DNA from: an uncultured Erysipelotrichaceae bacterium
GTDB lineage: Bacteria > Bacillota_I > Bacilli_A > RFN20 > CAG-826
Direction of reading: 5' to 3'
DNA: 64,000 bases
Assembly (NCBI GenBank): GCA_902800355.1
Contig: CADCEE010000004.1
Span: 16,175-80,174 of the forward strand
The notes under the pieces are model-generated. The model had not been told where the DNA came from, ran no database searches, and was given only the letters and a program-made list of their open reading frames with translations. Both the position numbers and the translations under genes were made by a program. Position 1 is the first letter of the stretch. Each line of letters begins with the position of its first letter. This document shows positions 29,883-37,194 of this stretch, one piece after another.

Positions 29883-29916
29883 ATAAATAAAGCCGGAATC
29901 TATGTTCAATTCCGGC
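29883..29916 (-). terminator. Rho-independent terminator directly downstream of tRNA-fMet (islet side)
   Basis: On the minus strand: GCCGGAAT-N9-ATTCCGGC followed by TTTATTTAT. Confidence 0.75.
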
Positions 29917-29926
29917 ATACTGTACG

Positions 29927-29938
29927 CTTGGTTGCGGA
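29927..29938. repeat. Direct repeat, copy 2 (within and adjoining the tRNA-fMet 3' acceptor strand)
   Basis: CTTGGTTGCGGA is identical to 26813-26824. Confidence 0.7.
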
Positions 29939-30006
29939 GGTGAGATTTGAACTACACGACCTCCGGGTTATGGGCCCGACGAGCTACCAGGCTGCTCTAC
30001 TCCGCG
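29929..30006 (-). tRNA. Initiator tRNA-fMet (anticodon CAT)
   Basis: The reverse complement is CGCGGAGTAGAGCAGCCTGGTAGCTCGTCGGGCCCATAACCCGGAGGTCGTGTAGTTCAAATCTCACCTCCGCAACCA. It has the C1:A72 mismatch and three GC pairs closing the anticodon stem, and is close to E. coli tRNA-fMet. Encoded CCA. Confidence 0.85.
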
Positions 30007-30054
30007 ATGTTTTCCGGAGAGAGCTCGTCTAGGGCCCCTCCAGTTTTATCGTAA

Positions 30055-30231
30055 TTATTTACGATTTTTTCTTCTAGCGTTTTCGGATTTGAGTTTTCTT
30101 TTTAAACCAGGTTTAAGATAGAATTCTCTTTTCTTCGCTTCTTGGATCGTACCAGCTTTATTCACTTGGCGTTTAAAACGTCTGAGTGCATCATCTAATG
30201 ATTCATTTTCACGAACAACGACTTTTGGCAT
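30055..30231 (-). CDS. rpsU: 30S ribosomal protein S21
   Basis: [22 protein letters not shown].... AAGGAGGTG SD 6 nt upstream of the ATG at 30231. Confidence 0.95.
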   Translation of the reverse strand: MPKVVVRENESLDDALRRFKRQVNKAGTIQEAKKREFYLKPGLKRKLKSENARRKNRK

Positions 30232-30301
30232 GATATTCACCTCCTTAGCGATAACGCTTTAACTATGTTACTAGTGTTAACTCATATAAGTCAACACTTT
30301 T

Positions 30302-30328
30302 TATAAATAAAAGGACCTTGCGGCCCTT
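30302..30328 (-). terminator. Rho-independent terminator after deoC
   Basis: On the minus strand: AAGGGCC-GCAA-GGTCCTT (GNRA loop) followed by TTATTTAT. Confidence 0.7.
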
Positions 30329-30351
30329 AGATAATCATTATTAAGAATGAT

Positions 30352-30987
30352 TTAGATGATTTTTGTTCCGTTAGAGGTACCAATTCTATTAGCACCTGCT
30401 TCTACCATAGCGAGTAAATCTTCGTGAGTTCTAACTCCACCACTAGCCTTAACTCCCATTTCTGGTCCCACTGTTTCTCTCATGAGTTTGACATCGTGAG
30501 CGGTCGCACCACCAGTAGAGAATCCGGTAGATGTTTTCACAAAGTCTGCGCCTGCTTCTTTAGAAAGCTTGCAAGCTCTAACTTTTTCTTCATCGGTTAA
30601 TAAACAGGTTTCAATAATCACTTTTAAGACTAATTTACCAGCAACTTCTTTAAGAAGTTTGATTTCTTCTCTAACATAATCATCGTGTCCCGCTTTAAGC
30701 ATACCAACATTGATCACCATATCAATTTCAGTTGCGCCTTGAGCGATACATAATTTCGCTTCATCAACTTTGGTTCTAGTTAAATTCATGCCTAGTGGGA
30801 AACCAATAACAGTACAAACTTTAACGTCGCTTCCTTTTAAACATTCAGCGGCTAAAGGTACATAAGCTGGATTAACACAGACTGACATGAAGTCAAATTG
30901 TTTGGCTTCTTCACAGAGTTTAACGATTTGTTCTGGTTGAGCATCTTGTTTTAACAAGGTGTGGTCAATTAATTTATTGTATGACAT
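30352..30987 (-). CDS. deoC: Deoxyribose-phosphate aldolase
   Basis: [11 protein letters not shown] (Schiff-base Lys) and KASGGVRT motifs; 211 aa. Confidence 0.93.
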   Translation of the reverse strand: MSYNKLIDHTLLKQDAQPEQIVKLCEEAKQFDFMSVCVNPAYVPLAAECLKGSDVKVCTVIGFPLGMNLTRTKVDEAKLCIAQGATEIDMVINVGMLKAGHDDYVREEIKLLKEVAGKLVLKVIIETCLLTDEEKVRACKLSKEAGADFVKTSTGFSTGGATAHDVKLMRETVGPEMGVKASGGVRTHEDLLAMVEAGANRIGTSNGTKII

Positions 30988-31040
30988 ATATTTTTCTCCT
31001 AACTTCTATTATAACAAAAAAAGAGTCTAAAGTTAGACCC

Positions 31041-31310
31041 TTATTTCGCTTCTTCTTTAGGTGCTTTAGCTTTGGAAGATTTTTTTGCTGGAGCTTTTTT
31101 AGCAGGAGCAGCTTTCTTTTCTTCTTTCACTAATTTGCCATCTAAATATTGAGCTTTACCAGCGTAATATCCACATTTTGGACATACGTGATGGGATTTG
31201 ATCATTTCACCACAGTTTGGGCAAGTAACTAATCCTTCAACGCTAAGTTTGAAGTGAGTTCTTCTCATTCTTTTACGGGTTTTACTAATTCTTCTTTGTG
31301 GGACTGCCAT
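31041..31310 (-). CDS. rpmF: 50S ribosomal protein L32 with a Lys/Ala-rich C-terminal extension
   Basis: [19 protein letters not shown], zinc ribbon CPNCG...CPKCG, then about 30 aa [27 protein letters not shown]. Confidence 0.92.
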   Translation of the reverse strand: MAVPQRRISKTRKRMRRTHFKLSVEGLVTCPNCGEMIKSHHVCPKCGYYAGKAQYLDGKLVKEEKKAAPAKKAPAKKSSKAKAPKEEAK

Positions 31311-31416
31311 AAGATATTCCTCCTAAATAGTCGCTAGTTATTATATTCATTATATGAATGGAAAGCAAATATTTTTAGACATTTTCTAAATAATCTTATT
31401 TTTATTCGATTACATC

Positions 31417-32673
31417 TTACTTTTTGAAAATGGTTTTTATAATTTTGCCTGATTTATCTATATCGCCTGGGATTCTTACTTCTAAATAATTAGAAGTGTG
31501 ACCAATATTACATTTGTTTTTATTGTCGTATTGCTCCGCTAATACTTCTACTTCTTTATTCACGAATCTATTCGTGTATTCATCCCAGAGTTTATTAGAT
31601 AACTCTATAAGCTCTAATGCTCGTTGCTTTTTAATACGCGGATCAATTTGATTTGGCATCTTAGAAGCAAGAGTTCCTTCTCTAGAAGAAAATGGGAATA
31701 CATGTAACATATGGAATCCACATTTTTTGATAAACTCATACGTCTCATTAAATTCTATTTCACTCTCTCCTGGGAAACCTACTATCACGTCTGTAGTAAG
31801 AGTGACTTGAGGGCAAGCTTTCTTGATAAGATTAATCTTATTTAAGAATTGCTCTGAATTATATTTACGGTTCATTCTTTTAAGCACTGTATCACTTCCA
31901 CTTTGAAGTGGGATATGGAAATGCATTGCTAAATTGTCCCGTTCGTTAATTAAACGAATTAATTCATCATCGATTTCACTTTCTTCTATAGAAGAAATTC
32001 TAAGTCTATATAAACCTTTAATATCTAAAAGGTCTCTCACTAACGAAGAGAAATTGTATTCCTTGTTTTTGCCGTACCCTCCAACGTGGATACCAGTTAA
32101 AACAATCTCTTTATAGCCTTGAGAGACAATATATTCTGCTTCTTTTAAAATGCTTTTTGCGTCTCGATCTCTTGCTTTACCTCTACGATAAGGAATTAAA
32201 CAATAACTACAAAAATTATCACAGCCATCTTGTATTTTAAGATAGGCTCTCACATTTTCAAAATGAGTGGTTAATCCTAACTCCTCATATTCATAAGTTC
32301 GAGGATTAGAAGAAGTTAAATCAATTGGTTTATGAGTAAGCTCATATTCATTAATTAATTCAATGATTTTATCTCTATTAGAGGTACCAGTAATAATATG
32401 AGGTTTAATCTCATTTTTAATAAACTCATGTTGGCCTTGGCTATAACACCCCATCACTACCACAATTGCATTTGGATAATTGTTAATTAATTTACGAATG
32501 TGTTGTCTAGATTTTTGATCCGCTGTTGCGGTTACTGAACAAGTATTAATAATAGCAATATCAGGATTTATGTTATCTTCTTTATAGCCTAATTCGATAA
32601 GCCTAGAAGTTAAAGCGCTTATTTCATAAGCGTTCACTTTACATCCTAAAGAAGTTGTCGTATATGTTTTCAT
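31417..32673 (-). CDS. mtaB: MiaB-like tRNA methylthiotransferase (MtaB/YqeV-type radical SAM enzyme)
   Basis: MTTase N-domain SLGCKVNAYE and radical SAM GCDNFCSYC. The ATG at 32673 sits 1 nt after the rsmE stop (alternative TTG at 32685). Confidence 0.85.
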   Translation of the reverse strand: MKTYTTTSLGCKVNAYEISALTSRLIELGYKEDNINPDIAIINTCSVTATADQKSRQHIRKLINNYPNAIVVVMGCYSQGQHEFIKNEIKPHIITGTSNRDKIIELINEYELTHKPIDLTSSNPRTYEYEELGLTTHFENVRAYLKIQDGCDNFCSYCLIPYRRGKARDRDAKSILKEAEYIVSQGYKEIVLTGIHVGGYGKNKEYNFSSLVRDLLDIKGLYRLRISSIEESEIDDELIRLINERDNLAMHFHIPLQSGSDTVLKRMNRKYNSEQFLNKINLIKKACPQVTLTTDVIVGFPGESEIEFNETYEFIKKCGFHMLHVFPFSSREGTLASKMPNQIDPRIKKQRALELIELSNKLWDEYTNRFVNKEVEVLAEQYDNKNKCNIGHTSNYLEVRIPGDIDKSGKIIKTIFKK

Positions 32674-32674
32674 A

Positions 32675-33388
32675 TTATTTTTCAAGTAAATAAGAGATTA
32701 CACTTAAAGCGTATACCGCTGCAGTTTCACATCTTAAAATTCTTTTTCCTAAGGAAATAGATTTAAAGCCTAGTTCTTTAAGAAAACTCACTTCATTTTC
32801 ATCAAATCCACCTTCTGGACCAATGATAATAGAAACTGATTTATGACCTTTTAATTCACTTTCAATATCTGTAGCCTTACCGGCTTCTAATTCATAAGCA
32901 AGTAGATTAATATCTTCGAGATATTCTTTAACCCCTTTAATCGAATCAACATATTTGATCTCAGGGATATATTCACGGTGACACTGCTCGCTAGCTTCTT
33001 TAGCAATGCTAATATATCTAGCTTCTTTACGAATAAAATCACTATTAGAGAATTTCACCACGCTTCTTTTACCTTGGAATAGCACTACTCTTTTAGCGCC
33101 TAGTTCTGTAGCTTTTTGAATCACAAACTCATTTTTGTCTGATTTTGCTAAAGCAAAAAAGATAGTGACATCTTTATCTAATTCGCTTTCTTTTACAATT
33201 GGTTCTTGAATATGAACTATAAGTGGATTTGTGGATTCAATAACTGCTAAATAGGCTTGATGAGTGGCTTTATCCACTACTTCGATATTATCACTAACCT
33301 TAGCTCTCATGACTTTTGTTAGATGAAAAATATCATCTTTAGATAAAGAGACTACGTTATTAACAATATCAACAAAATATCTTTGCAT
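32675..33388 (-). CDS. rsmE: 16S rRNA (uracil1498-N3)-methyltransferase
   Basis: MQRYFV start, IIIGPEGGFDENEV and LGKRILRCETAA motifs. Confidence 0.9.
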   Translation of the reverse strand: MQRYFVDIVNNVVSLSKDDIFHLTKVMRAKVSDNIEVVDKATHQAYLAVIESTNPLIVHIQEPIVKESELDKDVTIFFALAKSDKNEFVIQKATELGAKRVVLFQGKRSVVKFSNSDFIRKEARYISIAKEASEQCHREYIPEIKYVDSIKGVKEYLEDINLLAYELEAGKATDIESELKGHKSVSIIIGPEGGFDENEVSFLKELGFKSISLGKRILRCETAAVYALSVISYLLEK

Positions 33389-33390
33389 AA

Positions 33391-33828
33391 TTAAACAACA
33401 AATTGATCATTACCATCTTTAAGGTTTGGTCTAGAAACCACAATTAAACCAAAAACGATATTAAGCAAATACATTGAACCAATAGAAATTAAAATCGAAG
33501 ATAAAACATCTAAAGATGTGAAATAGGCTAATAAGAAAGACATCACTCCAATAACAATAACGTTAGAAATAAGCTGAATAATGCCTTCCTTTTTCTTTTT
33601 TAAATAAAAGAAAGGAGCACCAAAAACACCTAATAATGCAAAGAATAAGAATAACTCTTTCTTGCGACAAGGACGGTAATCACTTTCTACTCCATCAACA
33701 TCAATATTAGTGGTGATTTCTATCGTTTCACTATTCATTCCTTCAAAAGGAAATGTTGTCCCACAAATTGGGCAACGGTCTTTATTAAATCTATCTATTC
33801 GACTTCCACAGTTTTTACATTTTGGCAT
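33391..33828 (-). CDS. Zinc-ribbon / TM2-like membrane protein
   Basis: N-terminal CKNCG...CPICG zinc ribbon, then two TM helices with LLGVFGAPFFYLKKKKEG (TM2-like). Confidence 0.6.
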   Translation of the reverse strand: MPKCKNCGSRIDRFNKDRCPICGTTFPFEGMNSETIEITTNIDVDGVESDYRPCRKKELFLFFALLGVFGAPFFYLKKKKEGIIQLISNVIVIGVMSFLLAYFTSLDVLSSILISIGSMYLLNIVFGLIVVSRPNLKDGNDQFVV

Positions 33829-33845
33829 AATTATTTCCCTATATT

Positions 33846-36719
33846 TTAACTAATTTGGCTTAATGTTCCAGTATAAGAGTTTTCTAAGACAAACACCGCT
33901 AAATTACCTTGTCCAGAAACAGATACACTTAAAGAACCATTATTAACTGGCTTTCTTTCTCCGGTTACTAAATTAACATAAGTACCATTAGGTAAGCCGG
34001 TAAATGTTGTGCTATTAGAAATAGCAACAGCGGCTAAAGAATCAATGTTTCCGCTTGTATATCTTCTAACAAAGGCCATATTATCAAAAGTGCTATATTG
34101 GCCCATAGATAAAGCAGGAACTTTTAATCTAATCTTATTAAGCATCATAAGATGCTTGGATAAAGTAGAATTTAAAGTATCTTCTACATTTCCACTAGCA
34201 GTATAACTACCAAATCCAGTCGCATTAACTGTACCTTCTAAATATTCTCCATAATAGGCTCTACCAGAATTAGATAGATTTTGATATTGATCTATTTTCT
34301 TGCCCTTCATAAATTCAATTTCCGAACCATAATAAACACAAGGCACTCCTCTAAAAGTAAACATTAAAGACATATTTTCTTTCCAAGCATCTGTACCTTG
34401 GTTATATCTTACTTCTTCTGGGTTGCCATCAGGAGCATAGTCATGTGAATCGACATAAACGATGTTATAAGTTGCATCGTTATAAACACTATCGTTTTGT
34501 CTTGCTACTTGATAAGCATCGTTAGCGTATTTAAAGTTCCAGTGCATGGCAAAATCAATAACCCCAAATCCGCTACTCTTAGAGTAGTCAGGAGTGTGAT
34601 AGGTATAATTATTACCTAAATAAACATTGTTACTTGTTGGATGACCAGCAGGGTTAATATTATCGTTCCAATTTTCTTCGGTAGAAGCTTCGTTAGTTTT
34701 TCTATCACCCCAAGCGTATTCTTTAGATTCTTTCCAAGTATAGAAACATGCTGAATCAGATCCAACATTATGGTTCCACACTCCACGTTCTCTATTACAA
34801 ACTTCACCAAACATGAAGAAGTTAGTATTTCCACATTTTTTAGCGATTTCGTATAATCCAGGAATTAGATATTTATTCATCGTTAATCGGGAAATATGTT
34901 TTACAGTATCCACTCTAAAAGCGTCTACACCTAATCTAATGAAATCTCCATATTTATCTACCAGATAATTAGCAACAGTTGGATTCTCTGTATTTAAATC
35001 AATACAATCTCCTGCCATTGAGCCAGTTTGTTCAATATATTGCTCATAACCCATACTCATTTCATGATGATAAATGTTATAGGCATCAGAAGAAGTTTTC
35101 ATCGCTTGAATTCTCGCTTGGAATTGGCCTTCACCATTTAAAGAGGTGTAATTACTAGGTAATAAGTGAGAATAATATGTACTAGGAGATAATCCGTTTT
35201 GAGTGCCGTTAAGGCTATCATAAGTAAACATTGGGAAAAGATTTTCTTCTCCTAAATTAGATGTATGATTAAAGACCACATCTAATACGATTTTCATATC
35301 TCGCTTATGCGCTTCTTTAATCACATCTGCGAACTTCACATCTTCACTTTCGTATCTTGGGTCGACTTGTGAAAAATTAATCGCATGATAGCCGTGATAA
35401 TCATATCCAGAAGCATTTTTCACTACTGGAGTAATCCAAATAGCGGTAAAGCCTAAGGCTTTAATATAATCCATCTTTTGAATTAGGCCTTTAAAATCAC
35501 CTCTCCACTCTGGATCATTTGCGTTATTATTAGCCCAGCATTTTCTATTATTAGAAGCGTCCCCATCATAAAATCTAGTGGTCATCGCAAAATATATAGA
35601 TTCTTGTCTAAAATCAGTTCTAACTCCAGTATAAGGATTAATTACTAATCCTTTATTATAGTCTTTAACCGCTGGAAGTTCGGTATAATCTTTAGCGGAA
35701 CTCACTACTTCAAAATTACCTTGTGGTAAATCACTAGTTGGGTCATCTCCAGAAGGTTTCTTGTTATATAAGCGGTTATTATAACACCAATAGTATCCCA
35801 CTTGAGTAACTGCTAAATTGCCAGTTTGTTTTTGACTACTGCCAACATTAAAGATGAGATTAAATGATGTATAAGATGAATCAAAATCATAAGTGTTCCA
35901 CTCATCATCATAACTACTCATCTGGTCTCCAGGCCAACTCTTTGTAATAGTGTTAACATTTCCACTATTTTCGCTCCAAGCATAAACATATGAATATTCT
36001 TCTTTATAAGCAAATACTTTAACAAAGTTGATTTCTGGTAAATCTTCTTCTTTTCCTTCCCCAGGGTCTTCAGGGTCAGGATCTGGGTCAATAGGCTTTT
36101 TAGTAACAGTTAATTTGCATACTGATTCAAATCCGCCATCAACAGAGGTGATTGTAATATCGGTTTTTCCTTCATTCAAAGCTTTAACCACTCCGTTACT
36201 AACGGAAGCGATATTTTCATCTTTAATAGTCCATCTCACTGTCTGATTATCCGCATTACTTGGATAAACCTTATAAGTTAATCTTTCTTCTTGTTCTTCT
36301 TGCAAAGTTAAAGTGGGTTTATCAAAAGCGACACTTGTGACATGAACTACAGTTCCTTGTTCTTCTTCGTTAACCACTACTCTACAAGTTGCTTCAAAAC
36401 CGCCATCAGTGGTAGTTGCTTTAATTAAAGCTACTCCTTCGCTATAAGTGGTAACATTTCCGTTAGCATCAACCCTCGCAGTTGAAGTTTCATCGCTTTC
36501 AATAGTAAATGATTTATCACTAGCGTTTTCTGGGCTAACAGTAACTTTAAGAGAATATGATTCTCCAACAGTTAATTCCACTCTATTTACGTCAAAAGAA
36601 ATGCCGGTGACATGAATAACAGGTGGTTCTGGAGGATTGTCTTTAGGTGTACTAGTGTTACATGCAGCAACTAACGCCACTAAAGGAAGAATTAAGAAAT
36701 TTAAAAACTTAGTTCTCAT
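33846..36719 (-). CDS. Surface lipoprotein alpha-amylase (GH13) with two Big_2 Ig-like domains and a probable starch-binding module
   Basis: Lipobox LVAAC. Two repeats (VTGISFD.../VTSVAFD...) are typical of Big_2. GH13 regions DVVFNHTS, GVDAFRVDTVKHI, FMFGEV, YVDSHD. Confidence 0.88.
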   Translation of the reverse strand: MRTKFLNFLILPLVALVAACNTSTPKDNPPEPPVIHVTGISFDVNRVELTVGESYSLKVTVSPENASDKSFTIESDETSTARVDANGNVTTYSEGVALIKATTTDGGFEATCRVVVNEEEQGTVVHVTSVAFDKPTLTLQEEQEERLTYKVYPSNADNQTVRWTIKDENIASVSNGVVKALNEGKTDITITSVDGGFESVCKLTVTKKPIDPDPDPEDPGEGKEEDLPEINFVKVFAYKEEYSYVYAWSENSGNVNTITKSWPGDQMSSYDDEWNTYDFDSSYTSFNLIFNVGSSQKQTGNLAVTQVGYYWCYNNRLYNKKPSGDDPTSDLPQGNFEVVSSAKDYTELPAVKDYNKGLVINPYTGVRTDFRQESIYFAMTTRFYDGDASNNRKCWANNNANDPEWRGDFKGLIQKMDYIKALGFTAIWITPVVKNASGYDYHGYHAINFSQVDPRYESEDVKFADVIKEAHKRDMKIVLDVVFNHTSNLGEENLFPMFTYDSLNGTQNGLSPSTYYSHLLPSNYTSLNGEGQFQARIQAMKTSSDAYNIYHHEMSMGYEQYIEQTGSMAGDCIDLNTENPTVANYLVDKYGDFIRLGVDAFRVDTVKHISRLTMNKYLIPGLYEIAKKCGNTNFFMFGEVCNRERGVWNHNVGSDSACFYTWKESKEYAWGDRKTNEASTEENWNDNINPAGHPTSNNVYLGNNYTYHTPDYSKSSGFGVIDFAMHWNFKYANDAYQVARQNDSVYNDATYNIVYVDSHDYAPDGNPEEVRYNQGTDAWKENMSLMFTFRGVPCVYYGSEIEFMKGKKIDQYQNLSNSGRAYYGEYLEGTVNATGFGSYTASGNVEDTLNSTLSKHLMMLNKIRLKVPALSMGQYSTFDNMAFVRRYTSGNIDSLAAVAISNSTTFTGLPNGTYVNLVTGERKPVNNGSLSVSVSGQGNLAVFVLENSYTGTLSQIS

Positions 36720-36916
36720 ACATAAATATTATCTATGAGAAAACGCTTCTTTTCCATCTCAAGTTATTATTTTTTGAATAAATTCAACTTCCAAATTATT
36801 TATTATTTTTTATGTAAAAATTTTTATTAACTAGTTAATAAGAGCAGTTATTTGATAGATTCAAAAACTTTTTTTCACAAGTTTGGCGATTTTTTCACTC
36901 TGTTATATATGAGAGG

Positions 36917-37060
36917 GTGTTATTTACCTTATAGCGGTAAAGGCGCTTTCTAACTCTTAGATCGATATCCGCGGGTATCGACTAAGTCCTATCTTTTAGT
37001 GGTTTCTCTTGGACTAATTCGTCCCGTGGATGAAATCTAGGGGGTTGCTAGAGGGGAGGT
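36917..37060 (+). ncRNA. Candidate structured RNA or 5' leader, class unknown
   Basis: The segment is clearly more GC-rich than its AT-rich flanks. It holds 4-5 consecutive hairpins, for example TTTACC-N7-GGTAAA, CTTAGaTCGATA-N8-TATCGACTAAG and GTCC-N21-GGAC. A possible extended -10 (TGTTATATA) lies at ~36900-36908. Strand assignment is tentative. Confidence 0.3.
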
Positions 37061-37067
37061 ACATTTT

Positions 37068-37133
37068 ATGAGTGAAATCATATTTGTTCTCATTTTACTA
37101 TGTTACCTTGTGTACATAATAAAAAGGCCATAA
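37068..37133 (+). CDS. Candidate 21-aa hydrophobic peptide (type I toxin-like), hypothetical
   Basis: MSEIIFVLILLCYLVYIIKRP, preceded by GAGGGGAGG about 8 nt upstream. The 3' end overlaps, in antisense, the terminator of the convergent gene. Confidence 0.25.
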   Translation: MSEIIFVLILLCYLVYIIKRP

Positions 37134-37150
37134 CCCAAGAGGTTAAGGCC
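37116..37150 (-). terminator. Rho-independent terminator ending the NRPS/partner-switch operon
   Basis: On the minus strand: GGCCTTAACC-tcttg-GGTTATGGCC (one mismatch) followed by TTTTTATTAT. Confidence 0.8.
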
Positions 37151-37194
37151 CCAACACAATTATAGAGTAAACCGCTACAAGGAAAATGTCAATA

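Noticed and set aside
28793-29900. Search for IS3 terminal inverted repeats and target-site duplication
   Set aside because: I could not identify convincing TG...CA-type inverted repeats by eye in the AT-rich flanks. Only the transposase gene is therefore reported, not element boundaries.
30007-30054. GC-rich spacer between rpsU and tRNA-fMet (ggagagagctcgtctagggcccctcc), considered as a terminator or RNA element
   Set aside because: There is only a weak GGAG...CTCC pairing with a large loop and no U-tract. It is more likely a processing spacer in an rpsU-tRNA co-transcript.
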